Part shown: positions 1 through 8,759 of the stretch, one piece after another | Layout: the number at the start of each line of letters is the position of its first letter | How positions within the stretch are numbered: position 1 is the stretch's first letter | Virus record (IMG/VR): IMGVR_UViG_3300032282_002939 | Location: 1 to 64,000 of that record | Reading direction: 5' to 3' (one strand) | DNA from: an uncultured virus (IMG/VR IMGVR_UViG_3300032282_002939) | Taxonomy: Duplodnaviria > Heunggongvirae > Uroviricota > Caudoviricetes | Length of the DNA: 64,000 nt | Program-made: the position numbers and the translations under genes | Notes under the pieces: model-generated | Told to the model about the DNA's origin: nothing | The model's input: only the letters and a program-made list of their open reading frames with translations | The model's database searches: none

Positions 1-891
1 CGAGAAACTTCTGATTTCGAACGTCCTTGCACTCTTGTTGTTCGCGCTCTTGACGAATTACTCGATTATCAAGACTATCCAGTAATTGCTGCCAAAAATT
101 CTACAATGAAAAGAAGGCCATTGGGTGTTGGGATTATTAATTTGGCATATTGGCTTGCAAAGAATGATCTCAACTATCAAAATATAGATCAAACTGGTCT
201 AGAGAAAATTCACCAGTTTGCAGAAGCTTGGTCTTATTATTTGATTAAAGCTTCGGCTGATTTGGCTAAAGAAAAAACTGCTATCGAACTTCTTGACAAA
301 AACAAAGAATGTAAATACAGCCTTGGTATACTTCCAATCGATACATATAAAAAAGATATTGATTCTTTAGTAAACCCAGTATATAATATGGACTGGAGCG
401 GGTTACGAAGACAATTAATAGATAGTGGTATTCGTAATTCAACATTAATGGCATTAATGCCAGCCGAAACTTCTGCACAAATTTCTAACAGCACTAATGG
501 TATTGAGCCTCCTCGTTCTCTTGTTTCTGTTAAACAAAGTAAAGATGGAGTTCTGAAACAAGTTGTTCCGGAAGTTCGTCGTCTAAAAAATAAATATGAT
601 CTTTTGTGGGATCAAAAGTCCCCAGAAGGTTACTTGAAAATTTGCGCCGTTCTTCAAAAATTTATCGATCAAGGTATTTCTGTCAACACTTCATATAATC
701 CAAAGTTTTATGAAAACGAACAAATTCCAATGAGCGAAATGATTGGGCATATGCTGATGTTTTATAAGTTTGGTGGCAAACAATTATATTATTTTAACAC
801 AGCCGATGGCGCTGGCGAAATTGATGTTCAGTTACCGGAGCTAGAAGCTGGATCACAAGACGATGAAGAATGCGATAGCTGTACTATCTAA
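1..891 (+). CDS. nrdA: Class Ia ribonucleotide reductase alpha subunit, C-terminal part (5' end outside window)
   Basis: Frame is open from base 1; RRPLGVG, MPAETSAQISNSTNGIEP, QGISVN, LYY motifs and C-terminal CDSC redox pair. Confidence 0.97.
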   Translation, partial: RETSDFERPCTLVVRALDELLDYQDYPVIAAKNSTMKRRPLGVGIINLAYWLAKNDLNYQNIDQTGLEKIHQFAEAWSYYLIKASADLAKEKTAIELLDKNKECKYSLGILPIDTYKKDIDSLVNPVYNMDWSGLRRQLIDSGIRNSTLMALMPAETSAQISNSTNGIEPPRSLVSVKQSKDGVLKQVVPEVRRLKNKYDLLWDQKSPEGYLKICAVLQKFIDQGISVNTSYNPKFYENEQIPMSEMIGHMLMFYKFGGKQLYYFNTADGAGEIDVQLPELEAGSQDDEECDSCTI

Positions 892-909
892 TTATGAAAG
901 GATAGATAA

Positions 910-2019
910 ATGACTGTTTTCAACTACAAAAAACCAGAAAACATCAAAGCTTTTTTTGGCGATTCAAATGGTATCGTGAGATATGATCGTCAAAAATATC
1001 CTTTTCTAGAGAAATTAACAGAAAAACAATTAGGATTTTTCTGGCAACCACAAGAAGTAGATGTGTATCGCGACGCAAAAGATTTTAAAGATTTAACTGT
1101 TCATGAACAACACATTTTTACAGCAAATCTAAAGCGTCAAATTTTACTTGATTCTGTTCAAGGAAGAGCGCCAACTGCCGCATTTGGCCCCATTTGTTCT
1201 CTACCAGAATTAGAAACATGGATACAAACTTGGGCGTTTTCTGAAACAATTCACTCGCGTTCGTATACACATATCATTCGTAATGTATACCCAAACCCAT
1301 CAAAGGTGTTTGATGAGATGATGGATATTACTGAAATTGTTGATTGTGCTAATGATATCAGCAGGTATTATGATCAATTGATTGAAATGAATGGTGATAG
1401 AGAAAATCCCCATCAGCCATATGATTGGTATTACAATAAAAGTGATACACCCGAATACGAGCATAAAAAAACTCTTTGGCTTGCACTGATGTCAGTCAAC
1501 GTCCTTGAGGGCATCCGTTTTTACGTTAGCTTTGCTTGTTCCTGGGCATTTGCTGAAATGAAGAAAATGGAAGGTAATGCTAAGATTATCAAACTGATTT
1601 GTCGCGATGAAAATTTGCATCTGGCTGGAACACAACAGTTACTTAAGATTCTTCCTCAAGATGATCCCGATTTTATTCAAATCAAAAAGGAAACAGAACA
1701 AGAGTGTGTTGATCTGTTCAAGTCTGCTGTTGATCAGGAGAAACTATGGGCCAAATATCTGTTCAAAGACGGTTCAATGATTGGTCTTAATGAGAAACTT
1801 TTGAACGAATATATAGAGTGGATTGCAAACAAAAGAATGACAGCTATTGGTTTACCAAGTCTATATAAAGGGGGGTCAAATCCTCTGCCATGGACGCAAA
1901 AATGGATTAGTGGTAGTGATGTTCAAGTAGCGCCACAACAAACACAAATTTCTTCTTATATTTTGGGTGGAGTAAAGAAGGACGTAACCAATGAATCATT
2001 TAAAGGATTCTCTCTTTGA
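910..2019 (+). CDS. nrdB: Class Ia ribonucleotide reductase beta subunit
   Basis: FFWQPQEV, DSVQGR, ETIHSRSY, LEGIRFYVSF, RDENLH di-iron/tyrosyl motifs; tail reads VAPQQTQISSY. Confidence 0.97.
   Translation: MTVFNYKKPENIKAFFGDSNGIVRYDRQKYPFLEKLTEKQLGFFWQPQEVDVYRDAKDFKDLTVHEQHIFTANLKRQILLDSVQGRAPTAAFGPICSLPELETWIQTWAFSETIHSRSYTHIIRNVYPNPSKVFDEMMDITEIVDCANDISRYYDQLIEMNGDRENPHQPYDWYYNKSDTPEYEHKKTLWLALMSVNVLEGIRFYVSFACSWAFAEMKKMEGNAKIIKLICRDENLHLAGTQQLLKILPQDDPDFIQIKKETEQECVDLFKSAVDQEKLWAKYLFKDGSMIGLNEKLLNEYIEWIANKRMTAIGLPSLYKGGSNPLPWTQKWISGSDVQVAPQQTQISSYILGGVKKDVTNESFKGFSL
1940..2019 (+). repeat. Copy 1 of an 80-bp direct repeat (3' end of nrdB)
   Basis: 75/80 identical to 3100-3179 by manual alignment. 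Confidence 0.95.
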
Positions 2020-2360
2020 TTTGGAGTATACCAGAAAATGAAAATATAGGGTATAAAGTTACGGTGTTACCAGACCCAGACCTTATACCCTATTGTTGTG
2101 AATATAATTGCGATTCATATATACCAAGGTTTGGAGGAGAAAAAATTGAAGGAGTTTATGTTTTAAAACACAATTTTCTTCAATTATATCAATTAGTAAA
2201 ACATTTTATAATATTTGATGGTACAGATTATATTGATATTACCCCATTTGAAGACAATAGACAATATAATTGGTTTATACCCATACAAATAAATTTATAT
2301 AATACATTTGTTCAGTCTCTCGAATGTATAAATTTACAAAAAAAACAGGAGACTGAACAA
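2016..2360 (+). CDS. Hypothetical domain with C..N, H and DITP motifs, in frame with the downstream endonuclease
   Basis: TTG start overlaps the nrdB stop; no stop codon before the internal ATG at 2361. Confidence 0.5.
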
Positions 2361-2369
2361 ATGTATTAT
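2299..2369 (+). promoter_or_regulatory. 21-bp perfect hairpin covering the endonuclease RBS and ATG, with late-promoter-like TATAAATT in the loop
   Basis: ataatacatttgttcagtctc (2299-2319) is the reverse complement of 2349-2369; TATAAATT at 2327-2334. Confidence 0.85.
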
Positions 2370-3179
2370 GTATATTGTTATATAGACCCAACAACAAATA
2401 TGCCATTTTATGTTGGAAAGGGAAAACAAAATAGAGCTTTTATTCATATCAAACATGCGAAAAAAGAACGTAAAAATAAAAATAAAACAAGATTTTTAAA
2501 TAAACTTCGACGGTTAATTGATGAAGGACACGAGCCTAAAATTATATTTCTTGCTCAAAATATTCAAGATGAAAATATTGCATATGAAATTGAAGAATCT
2601 TTTATAAAAAAACATGGAAGATTTGGCTATGAAGAAAATGGAATATTACTAAACACATGTGAGGGGTCTAGACCTCCAAATCACAAAGGTAAAACTTATG
2701 AACAAATTTATGGAGAAAAAGCGGCAGATCAAAAAGAAAAACGCCATAAATTACAATTAGAATCTGGTGGATGGTTCAAAGGAAAAAAACATACCGATGA
2801 ATCGAAAAGAAAAATATCTGATAAAACAAAGGGTAATAAAAATCCTAGATATGGGCTTACTATAAAAGGAACAGAAACCGCCGACAAAATAGGTAAGGCA
2901 AACAAAGGAAAAAAACATTATAGCCGAGCAAAACTTTTATATATAGACGGTCTTGATGTGTGTATATATACAAATGATTTGAAAGATTTTTGTAAAATTA
3001 ATAATCTATCTCATAGTACTTTTTTGTTTCAATTAGATAAAAAATGGCCAAGAAGTAAAAGAGGAAAAAACACTGGATTATTAATTAGAGAAGCGACAGA
3101 AACAGAAATTTCTTCTTATATTTTGGGTGGAGTAAAGAAGGACGTAACTAATGAATCATTTAAAGGATTCTCCCTCTAA
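2361..3179 (+). mobile_element. GIY-YIG homing endonuclease with NUMOD3-like repeats, fused to a copy of the NrdB C-terminal tail
   Basis: YYVYCY..PFYVGKG..RAFIH, LLN, GKKHTDESKRKIS, GNKNPRYG; ends ETEISSYILGGVKKDVTNESFKGFSL; AGGAG RBS before the ATG. Confidence 0.85.
3100..3179 (+). repeat. Copy 2 of the 80-bp direct repeat
   Basis: Matches 1940-2019 with 5 mismatches. Confidence 0.95.
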
Positions 3180-3390
3180 AATCATATTACTAGATGATAT
3201 CTATGATCTTAGAAAACAAAAAGAACAAGAACTGAGATACTACAACGAACAGTTAGAAAAACTTCAGGAAAAAATGTTCTTTGTAAGAAAAGAGATAGAG
3301 TTAACAAGTTTTATTATTGATATTATTGAAAACGAGAAAGTCACTGATATCAAAAAACTTATAGCAGAAAAAAGGAAAAGAGATGGATAA
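3151..3390 (+). CDS. Hypothetical coiled-coil protein
   Basis: 79-aa ORF starting inside the repeat and overlapping the next gene. Confidence 0.65.
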   Translation: MNHLKDSPSKIILLDDIYDLRKQKEQELRYYNEQLEKLQEKMFFVRKEIELTSFIIDIIENEKVTDIKKLIAEKRKRDG

Positions 3391-3559
3391 AGAATTAACT
3401 TGTGATGATTGTTATGAATCGTTTGAGATATTAACAGAATCAGATTCTCAAATTTGTTATTGTCCATTTTGTGGTTCTGAAATGGATATAAATGATTCAG
3501 AAAATGATGATAATGATGATGAAGAATGGGATGATCAGGACAATAGTAGATTCAGATAA
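3383..3559 (+). CDS. Small zinc-ribbon protein with acidic tail (58 aa, not in ORF track)
   Basis: MDKELTCDDC...YCPFCGSEMDINDSENDDNDDEEWDD; AGGA RBS. Confidence 0.75.
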   Translation: MDKELTCDDCYESFEILTESDSQICYCPFCGSEMDINDSENDDNDDEEWDDQDNSRFR

Positions 3560-3564
3560 AATAA

Positions 3565-3597
3565 ATAACGGAGAACAAATTGTGGAGTCTCCGTTAT
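3565..3597 (+). promoter_or_regulatory. Hairpin overlapping the start codon of the GIY-YIG gene, next to a late-promoter-like AATAAATA
   Basis: ataacggaga (3565-3574) pairs with tctccgttat (3588-3597). Confidence 0.65.
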
Positions 3598-3994
3598 GTG
3601 GTTATATAATAATGAAGTGATTGACATCATTCCTGATAAAATCATAGGGTTTACCTATATAATAACAAATCTTACTAATAATAGAAAATATATCGGCAAG
3701 AAAAATTTTTACTTTTCAAAGACTAAACAGGTAAAAGGTAAGAAAAAAAGAATCAAAGTTGAATCAGATTGGCGTGATTATTTTGGTTCCAATGAAGAAT
3801 TAAAACAAGAAGTTGAAAAAATAGGGCAAGATAACTTCAAAAGAGAGATATTGAGGCTTTGTTCTTCAAAGGGCGAAATGAGTTATTTTGAGTTAAAAGA
3901 ACAGATGATTCAAGGAGTCTTAGAAAATAATGATTTCTATAATACCTGGGTTTCGGCAAAAATACACAGAAAACACTTGACCTTTCTAAAATAA
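3596..3994 (+). CDS. Small GIY-YIG family nuclease
   Basis: GFTYIITN..RKYIGKK, YFGS, FKREIL, FYN motifs. Confidence 0.8.
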   Translation: MWLYNNEVIDIIPDKIIGFTYIITNLTNNRKYIGKKNFYFSKTKQVKGKKKRIKVESDWRDYFGSNEELKQEVEKIGQDNFKREILRLCSSKGEMSYFELKEQMIQGVLENNDFYNTWVSAKIHRKHLTFLK

Positions 3995-4005
3995 AGTAGT
4001 ATACT
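3977..4005 (+). promoter_or_regulatory. Sigma70-type promoter upstream of tRNA-Leu
   Basis: TTGACC-17 nt-TATACT. Confidence 0.75.
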
Positions 4006-4013
4006 TCTAATAT

Positions 4014-4090
4014 GCCCGTGTAGCCCAATTGGTAGAGGCGTTTGACTTAAGATCAAAGAGTTGGGAGTTCGAGTCTCTCCACGGGTACCA
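4014..4090 (+). tRNA. tRNA-Leu(UAA), short variable loop
   Basis: Cloverleaf GCCCGTG/CACGGGT; anticodon arm TTTGA-CTTAAGA-TCAAA; encoded CCA. Confidence 0.92.
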
Positions 4091-4102
4091 AAGGGAAAAA
4101 AT

Positions 4103-4168
4103 ATGATAGAAATGTTAACCGTTTTAGGTCTAATGATCTTAGTATTAGCTAGTCTGAAAATTAAATAA
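4103..4168 (+). CDS. Possible 21-aa hydrophobic peptide
   Basis: MIEMLTVLGLMILVLASLKIK; purine-rich upstream sequence. Confidence 0.35.
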   Translation: MIEMLTVLGLMILVLASLKIK

Positions 4169-4173
4169 AATGA

Positions 4174-4473
4174 CGTATTCTTATAAAAAACTGTAAACTT
4201 ATTTCTGAAAAAAGAAAAGGAATGTGTTCTGGGGTCGAAAATCCATTTTTTGGTAAAAAACACAAAAAAGAAAGTATGGAAAAACGAACTTTAACTAGAA
4301 AAATTAAAGGTATAAAACCATTATTTACTGGAAAAGGTTGTAAACATTACAATAATGGTGAAAAATCTATATTTTGTTTGCCTGGGTCAGAACCAATCGG
4401 GTTTGTACCAGGAAGAATAATGAAAAACATGAAAGGTGATAAAAATGCATCCTGCAAAAAATCGACCACGTAA
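4174..4473 (+). pseudogene. Homing endonuclease remnant (NUMOD3-type C-terminal part, no nuclease domain)
   Basis: GVENPFFGKKHKKES and YNNG..F....EP.GFVPGR motifs; frame begins after a stop at 4171-4173. Confidence 0.6.
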
Positions 4474-4537
4474 AGGTCGTCGTAAAATCGGTTCTTCTAA
4501 GCGTAAAGCACGCCGGTTAAACCGTCAGAAGCGATGA
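4445..4537 (+). CDS. 30-aa Arg/Lys-rich peptide (not in ORF track)
   Basis: MHPAKNRPRKGRRKIGSSKRKARRLNRQKR; AAGGTG RBS; ATGA overlap with the next gene. Confidence 0.7.
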   Translation: MHPAKNRPRKGRRKIGSSKRKARRLNRQKR

Positions 4538-4965
4538 CAAACTGGGATGAAAGATTTCTTGATCTTTCCAAACATATTAGCACTTGGAGCAAAGACCCGT
4601 CAACTAAAGTCGGCGCCATTATTGTGGGCGATAGGCGGCGCGTTATTAGCATGGGTTATAATGGATTTCCTCGGGGAGTTGACGACTCACCAGATCGCTA
4701 CAATGATAGAGAAACAAAATATAAATTTGTCTGTCATGCAGAAAGAAATGCCCTTGACAATTGCAACGAGTCGGTAGTAAATGCAACCCTTTATGTATAT
4801 CCTTTACCTCCGTGTCCTGAATGTTGTAAATCAATTATTCAAAAAGGTATCTCAAAGGTTGTTCTTAAAAAATCTTCTGATACGCATTGGTACGAATCCT
4901 ATCGTACAATTTCTAAACCAATGCTTGATGAGGCTGGTATAATTTGTGAGGAATTAGAATGTTAA
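4534..4965 (+). CDS. cd: dCMP deaminase
   Basis: SKDPSTKVGA, GYNGFPRG, HAERNA, PCPEC zinc motifs. Confidence 0.95.
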   Translation: MTNWDERFLDLSKHISTWSKDPSTKVGAIIVGDRRRVISMGYNGFPRGVDDSPDRYNDRETKYKFVCHAERNALDNCNESVVNATLYVYPLPPCPECCKSIIQKGISKVVLKKSSDTHWYESYRTISKPMLDEAGIICEELEC

Positions 4966-5585
4966 TTGGTATGGTTGGTTTTGCTGGCTCTGGAAAGGGA
5001 ACAGTCTCTGATATTCTTGTTGGACAAGGATTTAAGAAAATGGCTTTTGCCGATCCTGTTAAAGATGCTGTTTCGGCAATCTTTGGTTGGAATAGATCTT
5101 TACTTGAGGGTGATACTAAAGAAAGTCGTGATTTTCGTGAAACATATGATCCATTTTGGGATGCAACACCACGTAAAATGTTACAGCTTATGGGAACAGA
5201 AGCTGGTAGAAATGTATTTCGTGATGATATTTGGATTCGTTCTATGGAAGCAAGAATGTCTCAATATAAAGATGTTGTGATTGCTGATGTTCGTTTTTCC
5301 AACGAAATTCAATTCATTAAATCTAAAGGTGGATTTATTGTTTGTGTAGCGCGTCAATTTCCTGAGTGGTTTGAAACTGCTAGAACACAAAATCTATTAA
5401 TGATGGACAATATTCCTTCAACACTTATGCAAACTAAATATCCAGAGGTCCATTATTCTGAATGGGCTTGGGTTGGTCATCATGTAGATTTTCTCATTGA
5501 TAACAACAGTAATCTTGATACATTGAAAATTAATGTAAAACATTGTCTTAAACAATTTTTAGGTCCTATTAAAGATGAAAGATAA
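4959..5585 (+). CDS. Deoxynucleoside monophosphate kinase (T4 gp1-like)
   Basis: GFAGSGKGT P-loop, FADPVK, TPRKMLQLMGTE, DVRF.NE, HYSE. Confidence 0.92.
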   Translation: MLIGMVGFAGSGKGTVSDILVGQGFKKMAFADPVKDAVSAIFGWNRSLLEGDTKESRDFRETYDPFWDATPRKMLQLMGTEAGRNVFRDDIWIRSMEARMSQYKDVVIADVRFSNEIQFIKSKGGFIVCVARQFPEWFETARTQNLLMMDNIPSTLMQTKYPEVHYSEWAWVGHHVDFLIDNNSNLDTLKINVKHCLKQFLGPIKDER

Positions 5586-5811
5586 TAAAGATTTCAGTGT
5601 ATCATCAGAACCAACTTGGTATATCTATGAACCAGGAGTTCTGTGTTGGGAAAATACACAATTTTCTATTCAATTAGAATTTGTTGGACCTCCTATATAT
5701 TATGTATTACACAAAAATAATAAAGTTGGCGTAGGTTTTACACTCAACACAGCCAAAGAAGTAGCAAAAAGTATAGCCAATGAAATGATAGAAATGGGTC
5801 TAGAAATTTAA
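5575..5811 (+). CDS. Hypothetical protein
   Basis: ORF fits operon spacing. Confidence 0.6.
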   Translation: MKDNKDFSVSSEPTWYIYEPGVLCWENTQFSIQLEFVGPPIYYVLHKNNKVGVGFTLNTAKEVAKSIANEMIEMGLEI

Positions 5812-5840
5812 ATAAATAACCTATCTTTAACAACATTAGG

Positions 5841-6224
5841 GTGGCCCATGAAATGTATTGCGGCAAGCATATTATTGTTGATTTTTGGGGAGATATAGAT
5901 TCTCGAATATTGACAGACGAAAATTTAATTAAGGAAGCTTTTATTACTGCTGCTGAAACAGCAGGAGCAACTGTTCTGGGATCAAATTGGCATCATTTTG
6001 GTGAAGGTTTTGGCGTCACAGGTGTTGTTATGTTATCAGAAAGTCATATGAGTATTCACACTTGGCCTGAACACGGTTTAGCAACAATTGATGTTTATAT
6101 GTGCGGAACCTGTGAACCAATGGACGCTGTAACAGTTCTGTCTGGGTATTTTAAACCAAATAGAATAACAACTAATGAAATATACAGAGGCGTAATGAGC
6201 GAAGCTTTTCATTTTAAGGACTGA
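5841..6224 (+). CDS. speD: S-adenosylmethionine decarboxylase proenzyme (pyruvoyl-dependent)
   Basis: GKHIIVD, GVTGVVMLSESHMSIHTWPE, DVYMCG. Confidence 0.92.
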   Translation: MAHEMYCGKHIIVDFWGDIDSRILTDENLIKEAFITAAETAGATVLGSNWHHFGEGFGVTGVVMLSESHMSIHTWPEHGLATIDVYMCGTCEPMDAVTVLSGYFKPNRITTNEIYRGVMSEAFHFKD

Positions 6225-6227
6225 GAC

Positions 6228-6572
6228 ATGGATTATCTTCATGGCTGTTTCTGTTCAATAGATAAAGAATGTCTTGATGTCTGTAAACAATATGGGATGG
6301 CAATAAATATGGCAAAATATGATCAAGGTGGTGGATGTTCTTGTGGGTTACAAAAACAATGTGATCCTGAGTGTCAGTGGTACACATATAATTCTAATAT
6401 GATGAAACTAGAATCATTCAAACCAAATAATGTTAAACTTGATATGAATAAAGTTAAATATGATTGGTGTTACGATGTTCTAATAAGAATTAATGAGGTT
6501 ATGCTTTCAAACAATTCTAATGAAGATAAACTCCATGCAATTGCTTGGCTTACTAAGCAAGGCTTAAAATAA
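6228..6572 (+). CDS. Hypothetical Cys-rich protein
   Basis: ORF with AAGGA RBS. Confidence 0.6.
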   Translation: MDYLHGCFCSIDKECLDVCKQYGMAINMAKYDQGGGCSCGLQKQCDPECQWYTYNSNMMKLESFKPNNVKLDMNKVKYDWCYDVLIRINEVMLSNNSNEDKLHAIAWLTKQGLK

Positions 6573-6575
6573 CTA

Positions 6576-6604
6576 TTGACTATTAATTGAAATGGAATTA
6601 TAAT
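6576..6604 (+). promoter_or_regulatory. Sigma70-type promoter
   Basis: TTGACT-17 nt-TATAAT. Confidence 0.65.
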
Positions 6605-6811
6605 ATGAATGTATTATGGAGAGTTTTTGCTGAAGAAAAACCAGACGACTTTCAGAATTGCATAACTAAAGCTCATAAGGGATATATTTCGGGTATGTAT
6701 GATCCCAGGGAAAAATGTTTCTTTAATACATATCCCCAGACTATGGGTGGTAATTGGAAAGAAATTCAGTGGACGGCCACACATTGGGCGCCAGTAGAAG
6801 AAATGGAATAG
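6587..6811 (+). CDS. Hypothetical protein (start uncertain)
   Basis: ORF ending in a THWAP motif. Confidence 0.55.
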   Translation: MKWNYNMNVLWRVFAEEKPDDFQNCITKAHKGYISGMYDPREKCFFNTYPQTMGGNWKEIQWTATHWAPVEEME

Positions 6812-6821
6812 GAGAAGAAAT

Positions 6822-6959
6822 ATGGACAGCGTAGGTTATCTAAGAAGAAAATATGAAATCAACAAAGACAATGTTTTTCTTTCAATTGCTGACTATATTG
6901 AACAGTTGGAAAAAACTGTCAAAGAATTAGAAAAAAATCAATGTAAATGTCCTGATTAA
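6822..6959 (+). CDS. Hypothetical 45-aa protein (not in ORF track)
   Basis: AGGAG RBS; MDSVGYLRRKYE...ADYIEQLEK. Confidence 0.6.
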   Translation: MDSVGYLRRKYEINKDNVFLSIADYIEQLEKTVKELEKNQCKCPD

Positions 6960-6975
6960 AATGTAAGTATTTGTC

Positions 6976-7446
6976 ATGAAATTTGATATCGAAGAAGTAC
7001 GTGAATTTATCAGTAATACCTCTCTTTCAACAAAAATATACATTGGATCAGACTCTGAGTGCTATTTTTCTAGCGGTGAATGGTTTGCTAAATATACCGT
7101 AGCCATTGTTATACACTACGATGGCTCTAGAGGATGTAAAATTTTTGGAGAATTCACATCTGAGCGAAATTTCGATAAACGCAAGAATCGTCCGACATAT
7201 CGGTTAATGAACGAAGTTTTTAAGGCGGCTCAGATGTATATGGACTTAGAAGAAGCAATAGGAGAACGTCACTGCGAAGTTCATCTTGACATTAACCCGA
7301 ACATACTGTATGCTTCATCTGCTGTTGTACAACAGGCTATTGGTTATATCAGAGGAACGTGTAATGTCACACCAATGATTAAACCAGAAGCTTTTGCCGC
7401 TTCATATGCAGCAGATCGCCTTAAGGATATTCTTGCCGCCGCCTGA
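6976..7446 (+). CDS. RNase H-like protein (YkuK family)
   Basis: IYIGSDS, RLMNEV, EVHLDIN, IKPEAFAASYAAD. Confidence 0.85.
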   Translation: MKFDIEEVREFISNTSLSTKIYIGSDSECYFSSGEWFAKYTVAIVIHYDGSRGCKIFGEFTSERNFDKRKNRPTYRLMNEVFKAAQMYMDLEEAIGERHCEVHLDINPNILYASSAVVQQAIGYIRGTCNVTPMIKPEAFAASYAADRLKDILAAA

Positions 7447-7459
7447 TACTATCAGGTTA

Positions 7460-7535
7460 GGTTCTGTAGCTCAATTGGCGGAGCTGTCCGCTCATAACGG
7501 ATCGGTTACAGGTTCGAGTCCTGTCGGAACCACCA
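7460..7535 (+). tRNA. tRNA with CAU anticodon (elongator Met or lysidine-type Ile2)
   Basis: GGTTCTG/CGGAACC acceptor stem; GTCCG-CTCATAA-CGGAT; CCA. Confidence 0.9.
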
Positions 7536-7556
7536 AAATAGAAAAGGAGTGCAGAA

Positions 7557-7916
7557 ATGCTATTCAAAGTTCTTATGTCTATAACACCATTAATTTTTGG
7601 TGGTGAATTAGCCGAAGCAAAAATGTACAAAAGAGAAGCTGTTGCTTCTTGGTACTCAACAGGAAGAATCACTGCTAGTGGTGAAACTTTTAACCCAAAA
7701 CATCTAACAGTTGCACATAAGACTTTGCCTTTTGGCACTGTATTGCGAGTGACTAATTTAAATAATAATAAATTTGTCTATGTTACTGTAAATGATAGAG
7801 GGCCATACATTCGAGGTAGAGAAATAGATTTATCTAAACGCGCAGCGGAAAGACTGGATTTTATCGAAAATGGCGTTGCAAAAACAAGGATTGAAATTAT
7901 AAAATTTAAATCATAA
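7557..7916 (+). CDS. rlpA: RlpA-like DPBB lytic transglycosylase
   Basis: ASWY, TASGE.F, AHKTLPFGT, VTVNDRGP, IDLS..AA. Confidence 0.92.
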   Translation: MLFKVLMSITPLIFGGELAEAKMYKREAVASWYSTGRITASGETFNPKHLTVAHKTLPFGTVLRVTNLNNNKFVYVTVNDRGPYIRGREIDLSKRAAERLDFIENGVAKTRIEIIKFKS

Positions 7917-7926
7917 TGGAGTAATT

Positions 7927-8475
7927 ATGGCAGAAGAGAAAATTCTTACATTAGAAGAAAACCACTATTATTTGTTCAATGATGAATTTGATAATAAATC
8001 ATGTGGTAGTGCTATCAAATTCATCATTGAACGCAATTTGATGACTAAAAATAAACCAAAGGTGGTCAAGATGATCATCAATTCTCCTGGTGGAGATGTG
8101 TCATCGGCTTTTGCTCTTATAGACACTATGAGGGGTTCAAAAATTCCTATTTACACTTATGGTCTTGGGCAAATAGCTTCTTCCGCTCTTATGACATTTA
8201 TTGCTGGTGAGAGAGGTCATAGATATGTGACTAGAAATACATCTATTCTTTCTCACCAGTTTTCATGGGGTTCTTGGGGCAAACAACACGAGTTAATGGC
8301 TCAAGTAAAAGAGTTGGAAAATACAAATTCAAGAGTATTAAATCACTATAAATATTGTACAGGTCTATCAGAAGCAATGGTTAAGAAATATCTTCTTCCT
8401 CCTGAAGATGTTTGGTTAACAGCCGAAGAAGCAGTTAAATATAAAATAGTGGATAAAATTGTTGACTTTTATTAA
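7927..8475 (+). CDS. clpP: ClpP-like serine protease
   Basis: INSPGG, G.IASSA (catalytic Ser), HQ, D.WLTAEEA. Confidence 0.9.
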   Translation: MAEEKILTLEENHYYLFNDEFDNKSCGSAIKFIIERNLMTKNKPKVVKMIINSPGGDVSSAFALIDTMRGSKIPIYTYGLGQIASSALMTFIAGERGHRYVTRNTSILSHQFSWGSWGKQHELMAQVKELENTNSRVLNHYKYCTGLSEAMVKKYLLPPEDVWLTAEEAVKYKIVDKIVDFY

Positions 8476-8490
8476 TTATTGGAGTATAAT
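8462..8490 (+). promoter_or_regulatory. Sigma70-type promoter
   Basis: TTGACT-17 nt-TATAAT. Confidence 0.6.
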
Positions 8491-8745
8491 ATGCACGTTG
8501 TAATATACACAAGACCAGAATGCAAATTCTGTAATAATGCCAAGTCTCTTCTAAACGCAAGAGGAATTGCGTTCAATGAACAAAGACTTGGCGAAGATTT
8601 CACCAGAGAATTTCTTAAAGAAAATTATCCAAACGCGATGACCTATCCAGTAGTAATAGTTGATGGTTTTCATATTGGTGGTTATGAAGAACTTCGATTG
8701 ATGCTAGAATCAAAACAAGATAATCGAAAATATTTGACTGAATAG
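8491..8745 (+). CDS. Glutaredoxin
   Basis: CKFC active site, TYPVV.VDG.HIGGY. Confidence 0.92.
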   Translation: MHVVIYTRPECKFCNNAKSLLNARGIAFNEQRLGEDFTREFLKENYPNAMTYPVVIVDGFHIGGYEELRLMLESKQDNRKYLTE

Positions 8746-8759
8746 AGGAAAAATATAAT

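Noticed and set aside
1939..3099. Group I intron in nrdB
   Set aside because: The insert is filled by AT-rich ORF sequence with no visible P3-P7 core, and nrdB already has its own stop; RT-PCR would be needed to exclude it fully
3937..4263. Minus-strand 108-aa ORF, and likewise 7394-7606 and 7457-7738
   Set aside because: They overlap tRNA genes and neighbouring genes and have no protein motifs
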